DNA of 42,606 nucleotides, taken from positions 1 through 42,606 of the forward strand of contig JBBTBG010000003.1 in NCBI GenBank assembly GCA_038043805.1, read 5' to 3'. The position numbers were made by a program, and so were the translations under genes. Under the pieces are notes generated by a model. The model was not told where the DNA came from, ran no database searches, and was given only the letters and a program-made list of their open reading frames with translations. Position 1 is the stretch's first letter. Every line of letters starts with the position of its first letter. Positions 1 to 8,009 of this stretch are shown here, piece by piece. This stretch comes from Nanobdellota archaeon (GTDB lineage: Archaea; Nanobdellota; Nanobdellia; Pacearchaeales; GW2011-AR1).

Positions 1-85
1 TTTGCATTCGATAAGCTATTCTGAGGGGTGGTGACATATGTCATGAACTAGGACATAAAGATAGAAGAGATAGGGCTATAAAAGA

Positions 86-1432
86 CTATTTCTTTGTAGC
101 CCACACAATCATAGAGTCAGAAAAACCACGTTGACGGCCAAATCCTGTTTCAATAGTAACAATATGAACATTTCCAAATCCATTGGCTACAAGAGTATCA
201 TTCACAATCTTCTCATCGATAGGCACAGCATCTAGTTTTTCTACGCCGGAAATATAAAACCGTGCTTGTTTAAGAGCCAACATGCAAAGATGTTTTCCAG
301 AGCCAACTAAAGAACTAATGTTGGAAATATAATTTCTATAGGTTTCAAGTTTATTTGTAATAGATTCTGGGCAAAAAGGAACAATGACAAGATCAGCTTT
401 AGTCTTTTTAGCTGTTAAGCTATTTCTAGGCATATCTAGAGGATTTTTTCGTGAAACATCAACATAAATGGGGTCGAGTGTTTTGACTGCTGTAATCTCT
501 CTCACAGAGAAAAACCCAAAACGTGCTCCTGTATGTTTTTCAAAGAGATAGTAAGTAAAATCTGCATGTTCTTCTCCAGGACGTGCTTTTTGCGTTGAAA
601 GAGGATTCTTTCCACCGGTATGCATCTTCATAATATTAATATTACGGGGGTCAATATCTGCAGGGATAATAGTGTTTATTTCAGGAATCATGGCAAGCGT
701 TTGAGCTTCATCAGGAGTAGGCCCATTGCCCACAATTAGGGCTTTTACATGAGAAGGTAAGAGATGCCTACGCCCAAGAAGAAGGTCATAAAAAGTACGA
801 GCAATAGTCATATCTTCTTTATCAAGGCCGCCATAGTAATAGTCAAGATAATCAATCGGATCAAAGCCACGATAAGCTTCATCTCCTGCAAATTCTCTGC
901 GTAGAACGCGCCGAACGCCTTGATCAGGATGAACATGAACTCGCTCAAGGCCTGTTCCTAACCGATAATAGAACTCAAGTGTTTGTGGAAGCGTATTCTT
1001 TTTGCATCTCTTGAGTTCTTTGCGTATAGTTACAAGATCAACAGGAGCAATATCACGCATAAGAAAGACGAACCAATGCATAGGATCCCACGATACACCT
1101 AGTTTTTTATGAGCCCAGATCACGAAGGGGCTCGAGGGGGTATATCCTTCTTGTACAATATAGTTAAGAAGTTCAATAGGATGCTCAAAGGTATGATGGA
1201 TAAGGGGACGTGCTTGGTAAGGATCTTTCTTCATAAATCCATATTCTACAATCTTTCGTAAAAAAAGACTGTCTGTCCTAGAAAAGAGAGACTTACTTGC
1301 CATTTCTTCAATCATATGTCTACGACTAACACCTAAGAGTTCATTCTTAAATGCACGAAGAAGGTATTCGTAATATATTTTAACGTCACGATCATCTATT
1401 AAAGACATTGCAGTTTGAGTAAACACAGACAT
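86..1432 (-). CDS. Two-domain protein: unrecognised N-terminal domain fused to an NNMT/PNMT/TEMT-like class I SAM-dependent methyltransferase domain
   Basis: 448-aa ORF. The C-terminal ~260 aa carries FDPIDYLDYYYG (family hallmark F-x-P-x-x-YL-x-x-YY), a Gly-rich SAM loop LIVGNGPT, an acidic strand end IPADIDP and a later DLVIVPFC strand. These occur in the same order as in nicotinamide/phenylethanolamine N-methyltransferases. The N-terminal ~185 aa matches nothing I recognise. Confidence 0.45.
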   Translation of the reverse strand: MSVFTQTAMSLIDDRDVKIYYEYLLRAFKNELLGVSRRHMIEEMASKSLFSRTDSLFLRKIVEYGFMKKDPYQARPLIHHTFEHPIELLNYIVQEGYTPSSPFVIWAHKKLGVSWDPMHWFVFLMRDIAPVDLVTIRKELKRCKKNTLPQTLEFYYRLGTGLERVHVHPDQGVRRVLRREFAGDEAYRGFDPIDYLDYYYGGLDKEDMTIARTFYDLLLGRRHLLPSHVKALIVGNGPTPDEAQTLAMIPEINTIIPADIDPRNINIMKMHTGGKNPLSTQKARPGEEHADFTYYLFEKHTGARFGFFSVREITAVKTLDPIYVDVSRKNPLDMPRNSLTAKKTKADLVIVPFCPESITNKLETYRNYISNISSLVGSGKHLCMLALKQARFYISGVEKLDAVPIDEKIVNDTLVANGFGNVHIVTIETGFGRQRGFSDSMIVWATKK

Positions 1433-1470
1433 AGAGCCTCTTAACGTAAGTATACAAAATTACTTTATTA

Positions 1471-2382
1471 ATGTTTCTTCTCAATCAAGACAACCTTCTT
1501 AAACTCTTCTTACGAGCATATTCCATGGCAGGCAGAGCAGCATACGGAATGAGAAAGTATGGTCCGAGTGATTCGCATAACCAGCATAGAAAATCTTTTC
1601 CCGCGCACGCAAGAGAAGTAATCAGAATATCTGACGTAATTTTACAGATTCTAGATGCACGTTTTATCAAAGAAACTCGCAATCCAGAACTTGAAAAAAT
1701 AATCAAGAGTCAAGAAAAATTCATCATCAATGTAATTAATAAAATCGACTTAGTGACTATGGAGGAAATAAAAAATAACCCTATTCTAGAAGAGCTCAAA
1801 CCTTATGTTCTTATTTCTTCTGCAAAACGATTAGGAATAGGAAAACTACGCGAGCGCATAAAGATTGAAGTCAAACGTTTTAAAGTCAAACATGCCAAGG
1901 CCCATGTGGGAGTTATCGGTTACCCTAATACGGGAAAAAGCACATTAATGAACATTCTTTCAGGAAGCGGGAAAGCAAGAGCTTCTCCAGAATCAGGGTT
2001 TACTAAAGGTGTGCAAAAAATTCGTCTAAATAAAGACATTCTCCTTTTAGATACTCCTGGCGTAATTCCAGATAAAGAATATACTTCTCTTTCTCAAAAA
2101 GATGCAAAAAAACATGCAAATATTGGAATAAGAAATGCTGCAAAAGTAAAAGAACCTGAAATTGCAGTTGCAGAGCTCCTTCAGCACAATCGCATAGCTT
2201 TCGAATCATTCTATAATATAGACTCGCAGGGAGATGTAGAGATTTTCTTAGACATTCTTGGAAAAAAGAAAGGATTTCTTAAAAAAGGTGGACTCTCAGA
2301 TACAGATAGAATAGCCCGTCTAGTATTACAAGATTGGCAAGAAGGAAAGATAACAAAGAAGGACCATGGACTCTACTCTTAA
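1471..2382 (+). CDS. Circularly permuted GTPase (YlqF/RbgA/MJ1464-like ribosome-biogenesis GTPase)
   Basis: 303-aa ORF. G4 (INKIDL) lies upstream of the P-loop GYPNTGKST and G3 LLDTPG, giving the permuted order G4-G1-G3. The start is uncertain; an in-frame ATG at 1525 is also possible. Confidence 0.8.
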   Translation: MFLLNQDNLLKLFLRAYSMAGRAAYGMRKYGPSDSHNQHRKSFPAHAREVIRISDVILQILDARFIKETRNPELEKIIKSQEKFIINVINKIDLVTMEEIKNNPILEELKPYVLISSAKRLGIGKLRERIKIEVKRFKVKHAKAHVGVIGYPNTGKSTLMNILSGSGKARASPESGFTKGVQKIRLNKDILLLDTPGVIPDKEYTSLSQKDAKKHANIGIRNAAKVKEPEIAVAELLQHNRIAFESFYNIDSQGDVEIFLDILGKKKGFLKKGGLSDTDRIARLVLQDWQEGKITKKDHGLYS

Positions 2383-2842
2383 GTCCTATCTAGAAAAATA
2401 TAAGGTTAACTACACTCTTTACGAGCACCCTGCAGTTTTCACAGTCACAGAAAGCGACGAAGTAACAAAACATATTCCCGGCGCACGTTCAAAAAACCTT
2501 TTTCTAAAAGACGATCAAAAAAAGTTCTATCTCATCTGTATGCCAGGCCATAAGCGCCTAGATATGAAAGCACTTAAGTTATCTATCAAAGTAAAAGAAC
2601 TACACTTTGCTTCTCCTGAAGATCTAAAGAAAGAATTGAATCTCACTCCAGGAAGCGTATCTATTTTTGGAATGATTCATGCATCGCACACCAAATTACT
2701 TATAGACAAAGAACTCTGGGAAGCCAATCAAGTAGGATTTCACCCCAACATTAATACATCTACACTCTTGGTCAATCATCAGGCACTAGAAATATTTTGT
2801 AAATCGCTTTCTTCTCCTTGGGAGGTTGTCTCTCTTGCATAA
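2366..2842 (+). CDS. YbaK/ProX-like aminoacyl-tRNA trans-editing deacylase domain protein
   Basis: 158-aa ORF with YEHPAVFTV, PGARSKNLFLKD, FYLICMPG..RLDMK and PGSVSIFG segments typical of the YbaK/EbsC/ProX fold. It overlaps the upstream GTPase gene by 17 nt. Confidence 0.7.
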   Translation: MDSTLKSYLEKYKVNYTLYEHPAVFTVTESDEVTKHIPGARSKNLFLKDDQKKFYLICMPGHKRLDMKALKLSIKVKELHFASPEDLKKELNLTPGSVSIFGMIHASHTKLLIDKELWEANQVGFHPNINTSTLLVNHQALEIFCKSLSSPWEVVSLA

Positions 2843-3578
2843 GAGTCTAGCTCTTCTCTTTGCTTTTCTTTTAACAACACTCATAGCTATCAATTACCTA
2901 TTTTTCTCATCAGTTAAGATAGAAGAAAAAGAGACAGTCATTGTAGCAAGAGTAATCGACGGCGATACTCTAAAATTAGCAGATGGTCGCACTATTCGTC
3001 TTCTGAATATCAATGCTCCTGAAAAAAACATGCCTTCTTCACACCTTGCAAAAGAGTTTTTATCAGCCTTTGAAAACAACTCAATTCAGATAGAAGTAAC
3101 TGGCACTGACAAATACCAGCGCTCTCTTGCACGGCTTTATGATTCAAACTATCTTAATCTTGCGCTCGTTGAAAAAGGATTATCTTCAAAATTTCTTGTT
3201 GTTGAAGATGAACTTTTAGTATTCTCTCAAGCAGAACATCAAGCAATAGAAGAAGGAAAGGGCATCTGGGAGCACTCGCTTTGGTACGGCTGCTTTACCA
3301 CCGATATTGATAAAAAGAAAGAAATCGTTTCTTTCATGCGAAAATGTCCTATCCCTTCGATGAAAGGATGGTCTCTCAAAGATGAAAGCAGAAAAACATA
3401 CGTCTTTACTGTCTCTCCAGAAGAGAGATTCATTCTGGAAAGTGGCGAAGGCAATGATAATAAGAGCTCTTTTTTCTGGAAATCAAAGACAGAAATCTGG
3501 AACAATGACAGAGACACGCTCTACCTTTTCGATGAGTATAACAAAATTGTTCACACTCAAAGTTACGGTTATATTTAG
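2826..3578 (+). CDS. Membrane-anchored/secreted staphylococcal-type nuclease (SNase) with a C-terminal lamin-tail-like (LTD) domain
   Basis: An N-terminal hydrophobic anchor (LALLFAFLLTTLIAINYLFF) is followed by the SNase core VARVIDGDTLKL..GRTIRLLNINAPE..YQRSLARLY. The C-terminal ~100 aa (GWSLKDESRKTYVF...NNDRDTLYLFD) resembles an LTD. The start is non-ATG: TTG 2826, or TTG 2835 which is 9 nt after GGAGG at 2821-2825. Confidence 0.7.
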   Translation: MSLLHKSLALLFAFLLTTLIAINYLFFSSVKIEEKETVIVARVIDGDTLKLADGRTIRLLNINAPEKNMPSSHLAKEFLSAFENNSIQIEVTGTDKYQRSLARLYDSNYLNLALVEKGLSSKFLVVEDELLVFSQAEHQAIEEGKGIWEHSLWYGCFTTDIDKKKEIVSFMRKCPIPSMKGWSLKDESRKTYVFTVSPEERFILESGEGNDNKSSFFWKSKTEIWNNDRDTLYLFDEYNKIVHTQSYGYI

Positions 3579-4284
3579 TGTAATTTTATGGAGCCTCTTT
3601 TTTATTTCTTTCGTTGCAGGAGCAACCACTCTCGAAGCTCCTTCAACCATTTCTCTTAAGAATGTATTTACTGTAAAGATCAGCGCAGATACTGTTGAGA
3701 AACATGATGTTAAAATATATATTCGTAACGATTCAGATGCCATTCTTTCAGAGATTCAAGATGGGAACTGGAAAAATGGAAGGTATTATGTTAATGATGC
3801 CTATCCTGAGAAAAAGGAATATATCTTGCGTGCGATTTCTTTTGCAACACCAGTACATCTCTGTGTCAAATTAAGACTTTCAGAAAAAAGAAAGACAAAA
3901 CCTCCAACACCTGAATTCTGTATAGCCATTATCCTCAAGAATCAAGAAGACCCTCTTCCAAAAAATACTTCTAAAGAGACGTCATCAAATGAAAACGATC
4001 CAGAAGAAAAGGTAAAATCCACTCAATTAAAAAATAATTCCAGGCAGAAAAATGCATTACCCTCTCCTTCCATAACTCTTTCTCTTGAGAATACTTCCTC
4101 TCAAGTCGAATCTCAAGAGGAAAAAATAGCCCTCTATCAACCGAAGTCAACAGGAAGAGTTATTATTAATTCACAGGAAAAAGTACATTTTGGGATGATG
4201 GCTACATTTTTTGTGTTTGCTATAAGCATTCTCATCTGGATAGTTAGAAAGGATAGGATAAGAAGAGAGCAGGAGAACATTTAA
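3532..4284 (+). CDS. Type-I membrane surface protein (signal/anchor, beta-rich ectodomain, S/T/E/N-rich stalk, C-terminal TM)
   Basis: The frame is open from 3382, but the first 150 nt overlap the nuclease gene. ATG 3532 precedes a hydrophobic signal VTVIFSVILWSLFFISFVAGA. A C-terminal TM (MMATFFVFAISILIWIV) is followed by a basic stop-transfer RKDRIRR. No motif recognised. Confidence 0.5.
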   Translation: MSITKLFTLKVTVIFSVILWSLFFISFVAGATTLEAPSTISLKNVFTVKISADTVEKHDVKIYIRNDSDAILSEIQDGNWKNGRYYVNDAYPEKKEYILRAISFATPVHLCVKLRLSEKRKTKPPTPEFCIAIILKNQEDPLPKNTSKETSSNENDPEEKVKSTQLKNNSRQKNALPSPSITLSLENTSSQVESQEEKIALYQPKSTGRVIINSQEKVHFGMMATFFVFAISILIWIVRKDRIRREQENI

Positions 4285-4308
4285 AAGAGGAAACATGTAT
4301 TGCTCTGC

Positions 4309-4833
4309 ATGAAAAAGATCAAAGCACGCATGATTCTAGAAATTTTGGGGCGCCCACCAGAGCATATTCAAGAAGCAATGACTGCTTTATTACAAAGGCT
4401 AAAAAGTGAGCCCGGCGTGAAAATTCTTGAAGAAACGCATAACCATGTTGTTCCTGTAGAAGAAAACAAGGATTTTTTTACTACATTTTCTGAGATAGTT
4501 TTTGAAGTAGATAGTTTAACGATGTATTATGGTGTTATTTTTGCGTACATGCCTTCTAACGTAGAAGTGCTTTCACCTCAAGAAGTAGTCATGGCAAATG
4601 CAGACTTAAATGAGATCACTGGTATTCTTACACAGAGGCTTCATGATTACGATTCTATTGCAAAAAGAATGGTAAGTGAACGCCACATTTTAGAGCAGAA
4701 ACTCCGAGAAGTTGCTCCTCACCTCTTCCAGCAAGCTCCTTCACAGACTGTTGGGCAACAATCAGCCATTTCCGATTCCAAGGAAAACAGGAAGAAAAAT
4801 AAAGCAAAAAGCAAGTCCAAGAAGAAATCTTAG
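4309..4833 (+). CDS. Hypothetical cytoplasmic protein with a Lys-rich C-terminal tail
   Basis: The ORF track starts at TTG 4300; the first ATG is at 4309 (MKKIKARMILEILG). An alpha/beta N-terminal half is followed by a helical segment and a KNRKKNKAKSKSKKKS tail. No family recognised. Confidence 0.5.
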   Translation: MKKIKARMILEILGRPPEHIQEAMTALLQRLKSEPGVKILEETHNHVVPVEENKDFFTTFSEIVFEVDSLTMYYGVIFAYMPSNVEVLSPQEVVMANADLNEITGILTQRLHDYDSIAKRMVSERHILEQKLREVAPHLFQQAPSQTVGQQSAISDSKENRKKNKAKSKSKKKS

Positions 4834-6059
4834 GGGATATGTTCAGCTTCTTTTATTTTTTTAGAAAGAGGATTACTTTCAGGCTTAGTTTTTTTATACT
4901 TCCAATATAAATATCCAAGACCTAGGATAACAAGGATTGCAAGAACATATCCTAATGCAGAGCTCCCACTTCCTTCCTCTTTTTCCTTTTCCTTACAAGT
5001 TCCAGTGCAACAGATGCCTTCTTGGCTAATATTAGTGCTACCTACACAATGCTGGCTCGTGGTGCATAATGAGCCTCCGAGCTCACTGCAACGATAGAGC
5101 AAAGAAGAATCATTGACATTGCTTATATTTTCATAAGGTTTTTCTACAAAATCTATTTTAATAGGGAGAAGAACATTCAAATCTCCAGAGCGAGCAGAAA
5201 TTTCATCTTGAATGCGAATGCCGTCTTCTGCTTTAAGGAGGCGAAGGGTATATGTTTGATTTTCTCCAGGATCTAAATTGACTGTTTCATCAGGAGAAAG
5301 AGAAAACATATCTGAAGAATAAGTAATGAGAATCTTTTTCAGAGGTTCTTTTCCAGTATTGACCACTTTGAACGTTATAGTCTTATTTTTTTCCTTCAAT
5401 GAAAAAGTTTTACTAAGATAAGTAGGAGTAAATGCAAACGAAGTTGTCGAAGAAACAATTGATGATGCTTGAGTAAAGTAAACAGGAATACTATAAGAGC
5501 CAACACCAATTTTTTTTACTTGCGCTTCTGCAACATTTTCAAAAGGAAATTTTATAACGTTATCTCCAGGCGCAAGAACAATATCGTGCTTTTGAGGAAA
5601 ATCAATAGAAATAGTGAGAGGTTCATCACGGTAGAGTTGAATATGCATCTGGAATTCTCCTTCACTAATAACAAATCCTGGAGAGATGCTATATGCTGTG
5701 AGATTTCCTTGCACTGAAAAATTCTGTCTGAATTCTATTTTCTTAGGGATTCCAGAAACAGTTGTCGCAACATCTTTTATTATTAACGTATAATTTTGAG
5801 CAATTTTAGAGGCAAGAGCCCAAAGATAGTACTTATCTCCGAGTTTCTTTAAGTCATAAACCATTGGCACTTCTTGTACATTTCCTGTACGAATAAAAGA
5901 AACTTGTTTCACAGAGAGAGATTCAACGATATTTCCTGAAAAATAAAAAATCATTGTTTCTCCAGGCGCATAGATAGCTTTCATATCAGTACTCATAGAG
6001 AGCGTCAAAGGGATAAAGAATATCATAACAAGCGCAAAAAAAACAATTCTTTTTCTCAT
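4830..6059 (-). CDS. Surface protein: signal peptide, Ig/CARDB-like beta domains, Cys-rich juxtamembrane module, C-terminal TM
   Basis: 409 aa with an N-terminal signal (IVFFALVMIFFIPLTLS). A CARDB-like segment is present (FKVVNTGKEPLKKILITYSS...LDPGENQTYTL). The Cys module is CSELGGSLCTTSQHCVGSTNISQEGICCTGTC, followed by the TM LGYVLAILVILGLGYLYW. A TATA box lies ~26 nt upstream of the ATG. Confidence 0.6.
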   Translation of the reverse strand: MRKRIVFFALVMIFFIPLTLSMSTDMKAIYAPGETMIFYFSGNIVESLSVKQVSFIRTGNVQEVPMVYDLKKLGDKYYLWALASKIAQNYTLIIKDVATTVSGIPKKIEFRQNFSVQGNLTAYSISPGFVISEGEFQMHIQLYRDEPLTISIDFPQKHDIVLAPGDNVIKFPFENVAEAQVKKIGVGSYSIPVYFTQASSIVSSTTSFAFTPTYLSKTFSLKEKNKTITFKVVNTGKEPLKKILITYSSDMFSLSPDETVNLDPGENQTYTLRLLKAEDGIRIQDEISARSGDLNVLLPIKIDFVEKPYENISNVNDSSLLYRCSELGGSLCTTSQHCVGSTNISQEGICCTGTCKEKEKEEGSGSSALGYVLAILVILGLGYLYWKYKKTKPESNPLSKKIKEAEHIP

Positions 6060-6080
6060 CAGCTAGTCAGTTGTTTAACG

Positions 6081-6088
6081 TATATAAA
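6081..6088 (-). promoter_or_regulatory. TATA box (minus-strand TTTATATA) for the 4830..6059 gene; leaderless geometry
   Basis: The plus-strand sequence is tatataaa. Its centre is ~26 nt upstream of the start codon at 6059. Confidence 0.45.
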
Positions 6089-6099
6089 TCTTAGCGCCA

Positions 6100-7968
6100 T
6101 CAGCCGCTCATTTCTTTAAGTTTTCTAAACGTCTCTTCCATCTCTTTATCTTTTTCACCGGTTCTTATGCGAGGCATGGGTCGAGGAAGTGGTCGTGGAT
6201 ATCCTGGTGGTGGACGCGGACCTGGAGGGATGCGTGGCGGAAATGCAGGGGCTGGAGGTGCCCCACGACTAACAGGCACGGTTTTAACTTTATGCCTCCA
6301 GCTAAACCATGCAATACGAATCTTTTCTCGATATATAATTGCAATAACGACAAGAACAATCAAGAGAATAAGAATGACAATGAGCGCCCAGTTAGGCCCA
6401 GATGGTTTGTCCTTAGGCAAACAGCAGAGTTTTCCTTCACTACATACAGCCGTAGAAGATCTATCTTCGTCATCTCCACAGCTACTTCTACAAGCGCCAG
6501 AAGAAGGGCAGGTAGAAGGTTCAACTTTAGGAGAGCAAGCAACTGAGCAGCACAGTTCAGAGCTAACACTATCGATACGAGTCCCAAGGCATTCTTCATT
6601 TTCTTTACAGGAAAATCCTTTAACATCTATGCAAGAGAGTTGAGGAACTTTTACAGAACAACAGAATTCACGAGCCTTCAGACATTGATTTGCAGTCAAC
6701 TCTCGCCCCTTAGCATTGAGGCAGGCAGTCTTATCACTTTCACAAGAGGCACCAGGCACAGAGGAGCACAGAGCACCTCCACCACCCCCACCACCCCCAC
6801 CTCCCGACGCCCCTGCGCGAGGCCAAGCAGCATAGAGAATAAAAGAAGTGTCTATAATAGTATCACGAATATTCCAACAACCCTCCTTATTTTGTGTTCC
6901 TTCAAGATATTTCTTAGCCTGAGCAACTTCTACTCGAGGACTAGCGCTGCGGTCTAGGGCAAGAATAGCAAGGCTGGTATCATAATACTTTTTATATGGA
7001 CTTCCAACAATTTCCCAATATTTTCCAGAAGACTGTCTCTGGCTGATTTCACTATACTGATCTTGAGTAGGAGTGAGGAAGTAGATAAATGCGTTCGGGA
7101 AATACTGTTGAGAGTCTTCAGAAACTGCCTGAAGATAAGGAATAATATCATTCACTTCTTTCTTAAGCTGATTCAGGGCCAATGCAGCCCACAAACTTCC
7201 TTCATAATCACATCCATTTGCATTCTTAAAGCATTTAGCATTAACTTGTTCCTTTGTACTCGCATCCGCTCCAGCATTATGGGTTAAAGAAGACACATAT
7301 ACAGTACCACCTACTTTTTTTTCATAGAGGAGTGTGGTGATAAAGTCTTTCTTGCAAGAAATAGTGAATTGCTTGTCAACACAACTATCTGCAATCCTTA
7401 GCCAATACCCTGATACGGAAGGGGTAAAACAGTTCGTAGAAGCTCCAGGACCAATACGCATATCACTCTGAATAGAGATTTCTTTTTGTGTAGAATCATA
7501 ACTCACCATGCAGCTAGAAGGGGTATGGTCAGTAATATCAATTTCTAAATACCATGTCAATCCTACAGCACTCCCTTTGCGCGCTTCAAGCCATGAAACA
7601 ATAGTGTCAGTAGACTGTCCTGCACGCTGGTACGCCAAGGCAACCTGGGCAGTGGTTTTTACATCACACGAAGAAGCAGGCCAGCAGGCATCATTAGACT
7701 TTTTTTCAGAGCTAATCTTATCGATAAGAGGTTTTTGATATCCAAGGGCAATCGTTCCAAAAATTGCTTGTTCAAGAGAAAACGTTGTCTGATTTTTTAC
7801 TCTCGCTTCCAAACAAACATATCCTTTGGCAGGAACTTCCTGAGAGACTTCAGGAACACTCACAGCAGCAGGAGCAATAGTTTTACTATCACTCGTCTTT
7901 GTTTCTTCAGCCAGAATGAAGGGAAGAACTAACACTAAAAAAATACTTAGAAGCACCAGCTTTTTCAT
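6100..7968 (-). CDS. Large surface protein: signal peptide, alpha/alpha-toroid (prenyltransferase/terpene-cyclase-like repeat) ectodomain, Gly10 hinge, three Cys-rich modules, TM, polyproline cytoplasmic tail
   Basis: 622 aa with the signal LVLLSIFLVLVLPFILA. Repeat-like helices are TTAQVALAY, GSLWAALAL, YDTSLAILAL and EGCWNIRDTIIDTSFILYA. The hinge is GGGGGGGGGG. Three modules each end in CC-x2-3-C/P (CCSVKVP, CCSVACSP, CCLPKDKP). The TM is WALIVILILLIVLVVIAIIY and the tail is GAPPAPAFPPRIPPGPRPPPGYPRPLPRPMP. Confidence 0.6.
   Translation of the reverse strand: MKKLVLLSIFLVLVLPFILAEETKTSDSKTIAPAAVSVPEVSQEVPAKGYVCLEARVKNQTTFSLEQAIFGTIALGYQKPLIDKISSEKKSNDACWPASSCDVKTTAQVALAYQRAGQSTDTIVSWLEARKGSAVGLTWYLEIDITDHTPSSCMVSYDSTQKEISIQSDMRIGPGASTNCFTPSVSGYWLRIADSCVDKQFTISCKKDFITTLLYEKKVGGTVYVSSLTHNAGADASTKEQVNAKCFKNANGCDYEGSLWAALALNQLKKEVNDIIPYLQAVSEDSQQYFPNAFIYFLTPTQDQYSEISQRQSSGKYWEIVGSPYKKYYDTSLAILALDRSASPRVEVAQAKKYLEGTQNKEGCWNIRDTIIDTSFILYAAWPRAGASGGGGGGGGGGALCSSVPGASCESDKTACLNAKGRELTANQCLKAREFCCSVKVPQLSCIDVKGFSCKENEECLGTRIDSVSSELCCSVACSPKVEPSTCPSSGACRSSCGDDEDRSSTAVCSEGKLCCLPKDKPSGPNWALIVILILLIVLVVIAIIYREKIRIAWFSWRHKVKTVPVSRGAPPAPAFPPRIPPGPRPPPGYPRPLPRPMPRIRTGEKDKEMEETFRKLKEMSG
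6781..6798. repeat. 9-nt tandem repeat (ACCACCCCC x2, then a degenerate third unit) encoding the poly-Gly hinge
   Basis: Read directly: accaccccc accaccccc acctccc. The repeat is in frame, with a unit of 3 codons. Confidence 0.8.
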
Positions 7969-7989
7969 ATGTCTTGATAGAGGGTGTTC

Positions 7990-7997
7990 TTTAAAAA
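7990..7997 (-). promoter_or_regulatory. TATA box for the 6100..7968 gene; leaderless geometry
   Basis: The plus-strand sequence is tttaaaaa (minus strand tttttaaa). Its centre is ~26 nt upstream of the start codon at 7968. Confidence 0.45.
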
Positions 7998-8009
7998 TCT
8001 TCGTAAAAT

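Noticed and set aside
32-43. Perfect 12-bp palindrome TGACATATGTCA downstream of the first gene.
   Set aside because: It is a single short palindrome at the window edge, with an incomplete neighbouring context. It cannot be distinguished from chance or a simple 3' hairpin.
3382-3531. Upstream 50 codons of ORF 3382..4284, overlapping the nuclease gene.
   Set aside because: The hydrophobic signal sequence begins right after ATG 3532. The upstream part is just the alternative frame of the nuclease LTD region.
4309-4833. Weak resemblance of the N-terminal half to the ferredoxin-like fold of aEF-1beta.
   Set aside because: Only a vague secondary-structure and hydrophobic pattern matches. There are no conserved residues I can anchor, and the length and C-terminal coiled-coil/Lys tail do not fit. 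It is left as hypothetical.
6165-7932. Cluster of ORFs on both strands inside the 622-aa surface protein gene (for example 6167..6643, 6292..6546, 6640..6957, 7508..7738).
   Set aside because: They lie within or antisense to a long ORF that has coherent signal, TM and domain logic. The GC-rich Pro/Gly-coding tracts suppress stop codons in other frames. Their products are low-complexity.
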